Both the position numbers and the translations under genes were made by a program. The notes beneath the pieces were generated by a model. That model saw nothing but the letters and a program-made list of their open reading frames with translations. It searched no databases and was not told the DNA's origin. A stretch of 64,000 nt of DNA from the IMG/VR virus record IMGVR_UViG_3300035182_001904; one strand, 5' to 3'. Origin of the DNA: a virus. Of this stretch, positions 36,706-45,196 are shown in pieces. Positions within the stretch are counted from its first letter, which is position 1; every line of letters starts with the position of its first letter.

Positions 36706-37695
36706 ATGGCCGTTGTGGACCAGTTTTCCGACCCCGTGATGGCGCACCTGGTGCGCCGCGTCTCCGATCGTCCGAAGCTCGCAGCAGCGATCCAGGACTT
36801 CGACGTCGACCGCGATGAACAGGACACGCTTCCTGCGACCGCGTTCGCGTGGTCCGAGAAGCGTGCCTTTCCTGTGCACACGCGCGAGCACACGATGCTC
36901 TCGCGCGTCTACCGTGAGGGCATTCCCAACGTGCCAGCACACGTCGACCGCGCTCTCAAGGAAGCGTGCGAGGTCTACGGCATCGACGACGGGCTCTACG
37001 CACGTCCCAAGGTCGCAGCGGCTCCCGAGTCCGCTGACGCCTTCCTCCTGCCCGACATCCGCCGGATGCGTGTCACCGAGGTCGGACACGTCAAGGAGGC
37101 CGAGGAGAAGCTGCGCACCGAGGGTCGTAAGCTCTCGATCGAGCACCGTGCTCTTGCCAGCCGACGCCTCGTCGAGAAGGCAGCATTCTTCGGCACAGGC
37201 GTTCGTGACGAGATCCGCAAGATGGCAGGCCTGACGGTCACCGACCGTCAACCGCTGGTCGACTGGCTCGAGGCTCGCCGCGAAGCCGCACCCGTCGAAC
37301 ACAAGGACGGCTACCAGAAGCTCGCGAACGCAGCGAAGCGGATGCCCGCCGAGCTGCGTGACCGTCAACAGCAGATCAAGCTGGCCGAGGCGATCGGCGA
37401 GCTGGACGAGATGTCCGGCCTCGATCGTTACTACGACCGCAAGCTGCCCGACCCGCTCATGACGGTCTTCAACTCGAGCAAGATTGCAGGGCAGGGTGTC
37501 ACGCTCGCGGGACGCTTCCTGCCGATCGAGCGCGTCGCGTCCTACCCCTCGACGTTCTACTCTGACATCCTCGGTCCCGACATCGTCCGTGAAGCCTCGG
37601 ACATGTCCGGCCAGATGGACCCCCAGCGCCTCGCACAGGTGCTCGAGACCCTGCCCGTCGACATGCAGCGCATGTTGTCCGCGCAGATGCGCTAG
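36706..37695 (+). CDS. hypothetical protein rich in K-x-A motifs (candidate head core/scaffold)
   Basis: ORF track; 10 of 15 Lys are followed by Ala at +2. Confidence 0.7.
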   Translation: MAVVDQFSDPVMAHLVRRVSDRPKLAAAIQDFDVDRDEQDTLPATAFAWSEKRAFPVHTREHTMLSRVYREGIPNVPAHVDRALKEACEVYGIDDGLYARPKVAAAPESADAFLLPDIRRMRVTEVGHVKEAEEKLRTEGRKLSIEHRALASRRLVEKAAFFGTGVRDEIRKMAGLTVTDRQPLVDWLEARREAAPVEHKDGYQKLANAAKRMPAELRDRQQQIKLAEAIGELDEMSGLDRYYDRKLPDPLMTVFNSSKIAGQGVTLAGRFLPIERVASYPSTFYSDILGPDIVREASDMSGQMDPQRLAQVLETLPVDMQRMLSAQMR

Positions 37696-37704
37696 AGATC
37701 TTGC

Positions 37705-38349
37705 ATGAGCAAAGACCTCCTCCAGAATCCGGACACCGCTGCCGTTGTCCTGATGCAGGCTGCGCACGCACGGCTGGGCGACTTTCTCGCGTGGGAACCC
37801 GAGTCGATCTGGCTCGAGCTGCAGCATCGAGGCATCGATCTGCCGGAGAGCAACCGCGCCAAGCTCATGGCGGCTCTGACGCTGCGCCTCATCCCTTCGT
37901 TCTACTGGGATGCGATCACGTTCGAAAAGACGGCCATCGCCTTCGACGGCGCCATGCCCAATCCCGACACCCTCGAAGAGGCGTCGCCCGGACGCCTCGC
38001 GTGGGCCGTGGTCGAAGCTGCGTGGATCCTCCGTCTCGCGAAGGACGCGACGTGGGAATTCAACAGCGAGCCCCGCGCCTACGCCGGCGTGATCCTGGCG
38101 CGTGCGGGCTTTGTGCTCGCGCCCGAACAGCTCGCCTTCGCGCAGCCTACGTTGAATCGCGAGCGCTTTCACACGCACCTCTTCGAAGAGGTCAAGGAGC
38201 GTTGGGCACGTGTCGACAAGGATCACTTGGCAGCGTTGAGCCTGCAAGAGACGCCTGTCGACGTTCAGATCGCGCGTCTTGCCGCGGTTGAACTCCACGT
38301 GCGCGAACGCCACGCACGCGCTGAGCGGGACCTGGCCCGCGTTGCATGA
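37705..38349 (+). CDS. hypothetical protein
   Basis: ORF track; strong codon bias. Confidence 0.7.
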   Translation: MSKDLLQNPDTAAVVLMQAAHARLGDFLAWEPESIWLELQHRGIDLPESNRAKLMAALTLRLIPSFYWDAITFEKTAIAFDGAMPNPDTLEEASPGRLAWAVVEAAWILRLAKDATWEFNSEPRAYAGVILARAGFVLAPEQLAFAQPTLNRERFHTHLFEEVKERWARVDKDHLAALSLQETPVDVQIARLAAVELHVRERHARAERDLARVA

Positions 38350-38351
38350 CG

Positions 38352-39638
38352 TCACGACGGGCTCGCAGCCTGCGCTTCCTTCTGTGCTGCGATCTTGGCC
38401 TGGTGCAGACGCTTGAGGCCGTCCATGAAGACGGGCTCCTGTCCCAGCTTCTGATTCAGGACCAGCAGGAAGTTCTTGGCCTCGGTGCCCATGCGGTTGG
38501 CTTCATCGGTGAGCTTCTGGATGAACGACACCAGGATCTCCTCGGGCAGGTCTCCGATGAAGACGGACAACTGCTTCACGATCGACTCGGGCTTCTTGGA
38601 GAGATCCGCGAAGATGCGCGTCGCCAGGCCCATCGACAGCTCGGTGACCTTGTCCAGGCGGCCCTCACCCTCCTTGGGGATGTACTTCTTGAAACGCTTG
38701 CGCGTCTCCGTGTCGGGGCCGTAGCTGTTCAGCACGTCGTCCGGCGTGACGACCATCGTGTTGTCACGCACGAAGTCGAGAAACGCAGTGGCCGATGCCG
38801 AGCCGATCGCGCCTGCGATGGCCGCTCGTCCGATGGAGCTGTTCAGCGGGACCTTGGCCTCCTCGAACTGCACGCAGATGCGCGAGACGGTCTCCCAGGT
38901 GGCCGGGCAAGCGAACGCCTTGCCGGCGAGCGCGGCCATCTCGTCGTACCCGTGGCTGGGCTGCGCGCCGAGATGTCCGATGACGTGCTCATGGAAGCTC
39001 GCGTCCATCGCGTACTTCATGAAGTCGCCGTAGTTGTAGGCGACGCCGACGGACTGCAGGCGTCGACGCATCGCCGGGTCCCGCTCGAACTCGTTGACGT
39101 TCATGCCGCCGCCCGACGGGTTCATCGTCACCACGATCTGGATGCAGTCGTGGAGCTTGATGTCGCCGATCATGCGATCGCCGATCAGCACGAAGGCCGC
39201 ACGTGTCACCGACTTGTCGACGGCACGATTCAGCTCCTCGATCGAGAGGATCGGGCACATGTCCTTGGGGACCTTGCCCTTGAACTTCTTGCCCATCTGC
39301 TCAGCCCACTCGATGATGGGCTGGAACAGACGCGGCACGCGCTGGTCGAAGTACTGCTTCGTGTCGCTCGCCGTGGTCGGGATGAAGAAGCCCTCCTGGG
39401 TCGCGGTCGGCATGTGCAACGCGACGTAGGGCACGCCCTTGCCGCCGTTCCGGCGCTTGGCAACCTGCGTCGGGATGGCCGTCTTACCGATGCCCGACGG
39501 ACCGATCGCACACACCACCGTGCGTGTGCCGGCGTTCAGATTGATCAACTCCTCGAACACGCGAGGTGTGACCATCTCGACGCCGAGCTTGGAGGCGAAG
39601 GTTTCTTCCATCGAAGCCTTGGTGTCAGCAGTACTCAT
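38352..39638 (-). CDS. MoxR-like AAA+ ATPase
   Basis: Walker A GPSGIGKT, Walker B ILSIEELNRA, sensor TMNP and arginine finger MRRRL; AGGAG Shine-Dalgarno. Confidence 0.88.
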   Translation of the reverse strand: MSTADTKASMEETFASKLGVEMVTPRVFEELINLNAGTRTVVCAIGPSGIGKTAIPTQVAKRRNGGKGVPYVALHMPTATQEGFFIPTTASDTKQYFDQRVPRLFQPIIEWAEQMGKKFKGKVPKDMCPILSIEELNRAVDKSVTRAAFVLIGDRMIGDIKLHDCIQIVVTMNPSGGGMNVNEFERDPAMRRRLQSVGVAYNYGDFMKYAMDASFHEHVIGHLGAQPSHGYDEMAALAGKAFACPATWETVSRICVQFEEAKVPLNSSIGRAAIAGAIGSASATAFLDFVRDNTMVVTPDDVLNSYGPDTETRKRFKKYIPKEGEGRLDKVTELSMGLATRIFADLSKKPESIVKQLSVFIGDLPEEILVSFIQKLTDEANRMGTEAKNFLLVLNQKLGQEPVFMDGLKRLHQAKIAAQKEAQAASPS

Positions 39639-39663
39639 TTCATTCTCCTAGGTTCCCGTTGAT

Positions 39664-41277
39664 ATGTCGGAAGAGGTTTATCGTTCAACCATCGCGCAGG
39701 GGATGTTCTACGTCGACGGCAAGCCTTTGTCGCTCGAGGACTACCCGATGTTTGGCGCGGTGTACGACGGCAAGTACCCGCGCCTGCTCTTGAAGACGGG
39801 ACGACAGGTCACCAAGTCGACCACGCTCGCCGCCTTCATGATCGCGGAGGCCGTCGCGACCCCGAACTTCAAGTCCTACTACGTCTCGCCGACGCAGGAA
39901 CAGACTCGTAAGTTCTCGCACACCCGCGTCGCCAAGATTCTCGCCTACAGCCCAGACCTTCGGAAGGGTTTCGTCAACGCGAACTCCATTGACAACGTGC
40001 TCCTGCGAATGTTCAGGAACGGGTCCGAGATGGCGTTCACGTATGCGCTCGATGACCCTGATCGCGCACGCGGGTACTCCGCTGATCGTTGCAATTTCGA
40101 CGAGGTGCAAGACATTCTCTACGAGTCGGTCATTCCCGTCATCGAGGAATGTATGGCCAACTCGAGCTATCAGTATTCGGCCTACGCTGGAACGCCCAAG
40201 ACGATGGAGAACACCATCGAATTCTTGTGGTCCCAGTCATCACAGACCGAATGGTGCATGCGCTGCAAAGCATGCAACAAGTGGACGTTCATCGATAGCG
40301 TGAAGGGGTTGGGCAAGCTGGGCCCTGTCTGTATTGGCTGTGGTACGTACCTCGATCCGCGTAAGGGTCAGTGGGTCGACATGTCCAAGGACAAGGCGGC
40401 CGGCATCAAAGGTTTTCACATCTCGCAGGCCATCATGCCTGTCAACGTACCTGCGTCCTGGCAGCCCGGAACGTCAGGGTACGAAGCCGCAATCGAACGC
40501 TGGAACAAGCTGCTCTACAAGATGGACTCGCCCCTCTACGGCGAGTCGCGCTTCCTGAACGAGTGCATCGGCGTCAGCACGTCGACAGGCGTGCGTCTCT
40601 TGACCAAGGAGATCCTCGAGGCGCTCTGTGATGAGAAGCACGAGATGACACGTCTGCCGCTGCCGTTGTCGAAGGAAGGCATCGTGCGCACGGTTGCCGG
40701 CGTCGACTGGTCTGGCGGTGGCGCTGAGATCAAGGGCAGCGAGGGCATGTTCAAGTCGCGCACGGTGCTCCACATCTGGGGCCAGCAAGCCGATGGACGG
40801 CTCAAGACGCTCTTCTACAAGATCTTCCCCAACGGCCACGCGATCGGGTGGGTCGAGGAGATCGTCGAGCTGTGCAACGCCTGGGCAGTCCAGATGGTGG
40901 TGGGCGACGCCGGCGAAGGCGCCATCGGCAACTCGTTCTTGCGCGCGAAGCTCGGCGACCACCGCGTCACCTCCATTCGATACATGGCGCTGTCCAAGCC
41001 CTACGAGTGGAACCCGAACGGCATGGTCTACAACGCCGACCGCACCACGATGATCGACAACTTCGCACGGCAGCTCCTGCACAAGCAGCTGATCTACCCG
41101 ATGCTGAAACAGGCCCAGCCTGCCATCAACGACATCCTCAACGTCTACGAGGAAGTCACGATGCAAGGACGCAAGGTGTGGCGCCACTCTCCGACGATGC
41201 CCGATGACTGCCTGCATGCACAGCTGTTCGGCTGGTTCGCGTGGATCATCCTGACGCAGAACTACAAGTTCTTGTGA
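39664..41277 (+). CDS. terL: terminase large subunit (GpA-like)
   Basis: KTGRQVTKSTT, DRARGYSADRCNFDEVQD, Zn knuckle CKAC...CIGC, AGVDWSGG and DDCLHA. Confidence 0.85.
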   Translation: MSEEVYRSTIAQGMFYVDGKPLSLEDYPMFGAVYDGKYPRLLLKTGRQVTKSTTLAAFMIAEAVATPNFKSYYVSPTQEQTRKFSHTRVAKILAYSPDLRKGFVNANSIDNVLLRMFRNGSEMAFTYALDDPDRARGYSADRCNFDEVQDILYESVIPVIEECMANSSYQYSAYAGTPKTMENTIEFLWSQSSQTEWCMRCKACNKWTFIDSVKGLGKLGPVCIGCGTYLDPRKGQWVDMSKDKAAGIKGFHISQAIMPVNVPASWQPGTSGYEAAIERWNKLLYKMDSPLYGESRFLNECIGVSTSTGVRLLTKEILEALCDEKHEMTRLPLPLSKEGIVRTVAGVDWSGGGAEIKGSEGMFKSRTVLHIWGQQADGRLKTLFYKIFPNGHAIGWVEEIVELCNAWAVQMVVGDAGEGAIGNSFLRAKLGDHRVTSIRYMALSKPYEWNPNGMVYNADRTTMIDNFARQLLHKQLIYPMLKQAQPAINDILNVYEEVTMQGRKVWRHSPTMPDDCLHAQLFGWFAWIILTQNYKFL

Positions 41278-41280
41278 GGG

Positions 41281-41353
41281 TGGACTCGAGGGGGATCGAA
41301 CCCCTGACATCTAGCTTGCAAAGCTAGCGCTCTCCCAGCTGAGCTACGAGCCC
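41281..41353 (-). tRNA. tRNA-Ala(TGC)
   Basis: Cloverleaf GGGCTCG/CGAGTCC with G3:U70 pair, anticodon loop TTTGCAA and GTTCGATCC T-arm. Confidence 0.95.
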
Positions 41354-41355
41354 GG

Positions 41356-41426
41356 TTCGCGGAGAAGGACTCGAACCTTCATAAACGGCGTCAAAGGCCG
41401 TTGTCCTGCCATTGAACGATCCGCGA
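41356..41426 (-). tRNA. tRNA-Gln(TTG)
   Basis: Cloverleaf TCGCGGA/TCCGCGA with U1:A72 pair, anticodon loop CTTTGAC and GTTCGAGTCC T-arm. Confidence 0.93.
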
Positions 41427-41433
41427 GAAGCCG

Positions 41434-42000
41434 TCAGTGTACGGTCGGAAACACGGAGACGTACATCTCCATCAGCTTCAGGTAGACCTCGCGACACGCG
41501 CGAGCGTCTCCCATCGCGCGGTGCGCTTCGTGCTCGATGCCGAAGTGCGCTGACAGCGTCACGAGCTTGAGGTTCGGAACGTGACCTGCCTTGAGCAGTG
41601 GCGTCGCGAGCGCGACCGTGTCGATCTTGTGGTAGTCGCCGTTCCAGCGTTGGCTGCGTTGCGCCATCGCCATCTCGAAGAAGGACCAGTCGAACGGCGT
41701 GTTGTGCGCGACGAACACCGAGTCGCGCCCCAAGCCCAACATCTTCACCATGGCGATGTCGAGGTCGATGGCCTCCGATGCCCACTTCTCGGTGGTGTAG
41801 CCGTTGATGCGTGCCGCCCCAGGGTCGACGGGCTTCTTCGGGATGACCTTGGCGGAGTACTCGTTCAGGACATGTTGTCCTGACGGGTCCGTCACGATAC
41901 AGGCCACCTCGACCATGTCAGCGACGGCGGGGTTGAGCCCTCCGGTCTCACAGTCGAAGAAGAAGAGGTTGCAGTCCTTCATGGCGGGGCGTGGCGGCAT
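41434..42000 (-). CDS. DEDDh 3'-5' exonuclease (DnaQ-like)
   Basis: FDCETGGL, VAHNTPFD and HRAMGDA motifs. Confidence 0.9.
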   Translation of the reverse strand: MPPRPAMKDCNLFFFDCETGGLNPAVADMVEVACIVTDPSGQHVLNEYSAKVIPKKPVDPGAARINGYTTEKWASEAIDLDIAMVKMLGLGRDSVFVAHNTPFDWSFFEMAMAQRSQRWNGDYHKIDTVALATPLLKAGHVPNLKLVTLSAHFGIEHEAHRAMGDARACREVYLKLMEMYVSVFPTVH

Positions 42001-42019
42001 TGATGGTCCTCTGCGAAAT

Positions 42020-42050
42020 CTTATACCAGAAAGGTAGGTTTATTTAGCAA
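42020..42050 (-). promoter_or_regulatory. candidate promoter TTGCTA-N19-TATAAG upstream of exonuclease/tRNA unit
   Basis: Shares TTGCnnAATAAACC with the promoter at 4203-4231. Confidence 0.4.
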
Positions 42051-42204
42051 GCACGACGGCGCGCGGAAGACGGTCCTGGAGATCTTTTTCGTGACCACAC
42101 GTCCAGCCGTCTCCGCCGCACGTGACCTCCAGGTCGATCGATACCTGACACACCCCAGGCGGGATCCGGAGGAGCACCACCACCAGGAATGCGATGAGCC
42201 ACAT
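42040..42204 (-). CDS. 54-aa protein with hydrophobic N-terminus
   Basis: Hand translation MWLIAFLVVVLLRIPPGVC...; start overlaps the polymerase stop. Confidence 0.35.
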   Translation of the reverse strand: MWLIAFLVVVLLRIPPGVCQVSIDLEVTCGGDGWTCGHEKDLQDRLPRAVVLAK

Positions 42205-45161
42205 CACGACGCGACCTCTGCAATCTCGGCGATCGCCTCGCGCTCCTTGCGCTCCTCGTCGTCTTCACGCAGATCGTTGAGGGATTCCTCGTCCAGTTCG
42301 ACCAGGAACTCCTCGTCGGGCGTCATCACCTTCTGAGGGTTCCGGGTGATGTAGTCGGACAGGGCGATCGTTTCGCCGTAGCTCGGACCGACGCTCACGT
42401 CGTGTGCGAACGCGACGGGCAGCCAGGGGAACTTCTGACTGACACGCTCCACGCAGTAGTAGTCGAAGAATGCCTGCGCCTGGGGGAGGTACTTCTTCTT
42501 GATGGTGCCGACGATCGAGTCGTGCACCGTGATGCAGCAACGGCCGCCCAGCTGGCCGATGTTCTCGAAGATCTCGATCAGCTGCGCCACGACGATATCC
42601 GACGACGTCGACTGGATCTTCATGTTCTTGCCACGACGTTCGGCCTGCCCCCGGAAGAAGCCGTTGACCGTCTGAAGCGGGAACCGACGGCGGCGTCCGA
42701 ACAACGTCTCGACGAAGCCCTTCGAGTGGATCTGCGACACCACTTCGTCCATGTAGTCGCGCAAGGACGGGAAGCGGTTGAACAGCTTGTCGATGACGTT
42801 CTGCGCAGCCTCTTCCGAGATGCCGGCTGTTTCGGCGATCTTCTTCGCCATCGCACCATAGAGAATGCCGAACACGACACGCTTCACGGTCGTGCGTGTC
42901 TTGCCCATCTCGTCGCTAATGTCCTTCTGTGCCTCGACCTCCTCGTACGGGATGCCGAAGATCTCCTGCGTGAACCAGCTGTGGACATCGAGCCCGTCGT
43001 TCAGCGCCTTGATCAACTGCGGGTCAGGCGCGTACGCCGTGAACACGCGAATCTCCGCACCTTTCCAGTCCACGTTGAAGATCAGCTCTTCCTCGGGGTC
43101 ATCCGGGATGAAGATTTTCTTGATGTTGACGCCGGCCAGCTTCTTCGGCTGGTTCTGCATGTTGACGTTCGAGGAGGACAGTCGCCCCGTCGATGTGCCG
43201 TGCAGGTGGAAGCTGGTGTGCAGATAGCCGTCGTACTCCGACAACATCTTGATGTCGTGGACGAACCCGGTCAGCGCTTTGTGTGCCGACCGATACTCGA
43301 GCAGCGTCTTGGAGAACGGACATTTCATGCGCTCGACGAGCGCCTTGAGCATCTTCTTGTCGGTCTTGTACTTGTTCGACTTCTTGTTTCGCTCGAGCCA
43401 GTCGTTGTCGTAGGCGACACGTGTGCCGTCTGGCTGAGGCACCCCCTTGTTGTAGAGGATGTATGCGATGTCTGCCGTCGAGTTGGGATTGAACTCGGTC
43501 CCCTTTTCGGGATCCCACATCTCGGCGAGGATCTTCTTCTTCTCATCGACGATCTTGCTCAGGTCGATCTCGAGCTTCTCGATGTACGGCCGGTCGACAC
43601 GGAAGCCCGTGAACTCCATGCTCCCAAGCACACGCGACGCTGGAACACAGTGCGAGGCCATGAGCGCACGCGCGTGCTGCTGGAAGCCTTCTTGTTGCAT
43701 ACGCACGAACTGATGACGCAGAAGACGGCGCGTCAGGTCCGTGTCGACAGCGGCGTAGATGAGCAGCGTATCGAGGGCCACGCGCTCGTAGCCTTCATCG
43801 AAGACCTGCTTCTTGCGGTCCTTCTTGGTCCCGAACAAGTAGGCCTCGAGTTCCTTCTTGCTCATCTCCATCGTCAGGCCGTCTTCGATGCCCGCGATGC
43901 CCTTCTTCGGCTTGCCCTTGCGCGCCTTGACGAGAACCGTGCGCACCCCCTCCTCTTCCGGGGTGAGCTGTTCGGCCAACTCCTGCACCTTGTCAGCGTA
44001 GTTGCTGAACATCGGGAAGTAGCTGCGCCCCAACGTCTTGAGGCCATACGAGCCTGTCATGTCCTCGCGGAGCAAGTGCTCCCCAAGCATCGAGTCCCAG
44101 GCGACGTTGTTGACGCGCCAGCCGTGTCGCAGCTCGAGGAACTTGAGGTCGAACTTGGCGTTGTGGAAGACCTTGGGCTTGGGACACTCGAGCACGCGCT
44201 TGACATGTCCGATGACCTCTTCAAGCTCTTCGGGACTCCACGGAGATTCCCGATGGAACAATGGGATTGCAGTCGCGCACCCAGTGTCCCATGCGAACGA
44301 GACACACAGAACCTTCGCATCCTTGCGATGCGGGTTGACGGTGTTGGTCTCAGTATCCACCGCGATGGCACACTGCGCGGCGGTCTTGGCACCTGTGACT
44401 ACATGGTCAATAATCGTGTCACAGACCTCTTTGACCTCCGCAACCGTTTGCGGAATCCGATAGTCCTTGGTGATCTCCTCGATCGTAGCGTTGGTCCCCG
44501 CTTCATCAACACCACCCGCGATGCGGATGGCGCGTACAACGTCCGCGTAGAACAGGTTGTAAAGGCCCGTCTTGGAGACCAGGTGCTTAGTCGAAAAGGT
44601 TGGAAGGACCTTGTACGCAACGCCGTCGATTTCGATGTTGAGAAGCCGCCCGCGCGATTCCATGAACGCGTTGTCGCGATACCCGAGAGCCTTGAGAGCG
44701 GTCGCTCCGAACGCCACGACGATCTTCGGCTTGTGGTCCTTCAACTCACGGCGGAGATAGTCCGAGCAGCGTTTGATGGTCGCGGCACTCGCAGTCGCGC
44801 TCTGGTCACGCCCGTCTTCGACCTGACACTTGACGGCGTACGTGTCCCATTTGGTCAGGAACTCCATGCGCAGGTTTCCGCCCGTGCGCTTGTCCAGCTC
44901 CTTCAACTCCTTCCAGAGAGTACGGATGATGCGTCCACCGCGCCCGTAGAACACCTGCTGGTTGTTGGTGGACCAGGACGACGGGGACTCGGACACGAAC
45001 ATGATGTCCACGCTGCCACGCCAACCCTGACCCTTCACACACGCCTTGTCGAACAGGTCGCAGCCCCGGCAGGGGAACGGTTTCTGTTTCGATTCACCCT
45101 CCAGGCTCAGGGACGGATCGTCCACGGAGATCGCCGGAGGCTTGTCTTTCTTGGCAGCCAC
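42204..45161 (-). CDS. family A DNA polymerase with N-terminal family-4 UDG-like domain and 3'-5' exonuclease
   Basis: Exonuclease motifs VDTET, HNAKFD and YAAVD; polymerase motifs TGRLSS, DWKGAEIR, KRVVFGILYG and VHDSI; UDG-like CRGC...SESPS...VKC...KRC. Confidence 0.93.
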   Translation of the reverse strand: MAAKKDKPPAISVDDPSLSLEGESKQKPFPCRGCDLFDKACVKGQGWRGSVDIMFVSESPSSWSTNNQQVFYGRGGRIIRTLWKELKELDKRTGGNLRMEFLTKWDTYAVKCQVEDGRDQSATASAATIKRCSDYLRRELKDHKPKIVVAFGATALKALGYRDNAFMESRGRLLNIEIDGVAYKVLPTFSTKHLVSKTGLYNLFYADVVRAIRIAGGVDEAGTNATIEEITKDYRIPQTVAEVKEVCDTIIDHVVTGAKTAAQCAIAVDTETNTVNPHRKDAKVLCVSFAWDTGCATAIPLFHRESPWSPEELEEVIGHVKRVLECPKPKVFHNAKFDLKFLELRHGWRVNNVAWDSMLGEHLLREDMTGSYGLKTLGRSYFPMFSNYADKVQELAEQLTPEEEGVRTVLVKARKGKPKKGIAGIEDGLTMEMSKKELEAYLFGTKKDRKKQVFDEGYERVALDTLLIYAAVDTDLTRRLLRHQFVRMQQEGFQQHARALMASHCVPASRVLGSMEFTGFRVDRPYIEKLEIDLSKIVDEKKKILAEMWDPEKGTEFNPNSTADIAYILYNKGVPQPDGTRVAYDNDWLERNKKSNKYKTDKKMLKALVERMKCPFSKTLLEYRSAHKALTGFVHDIKMLSEYDGYLHTSFHLHGTSTGRLSSSNVNMQNQPKKLAGVNIKKIFIPDDPEEELIFNVDWKGAEIRVFTAYAPDPQLIKALNDGLDVHSWFTQEIFGIPYEEVEAQKDISDEMGKTRTTVKRVVFGILYGAMAKKIAETAGISEEAAQNVIDKLFNRFPSLRDYMDEVVSQIHSKGFVETLFGRRRRFPLQTVNGFFRGQAERRGKNMKIQSTSSDIVVAQLIEIFENIGQLGGRCCITVHDSIVGTIKKKYLPQAQAFFDYYCVERVSQKFPWLPVAFAHDVSVGPSYGETIALSDYITRNPQKVMTPDEEFLVELDEESLNDLREDDEERKEREAIAEIAEVAS

Positions 45162-45196
45162 TACAAGTCCTCCGATGTTGGCGACATAAACATATC

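Noticed and set aside
38347-38354. Perfect palindrome TGACGTCA
   Set aside because: It is simply two convergent TGA stops separated by CG; a single occurrence gives no support for an operator.
41281-41426. tRNAs as a prophage attachment site or host boundary
   Set aside because: Phage genes continue on both sides, and no integrase or duplicated tRNA 3' end is seen.
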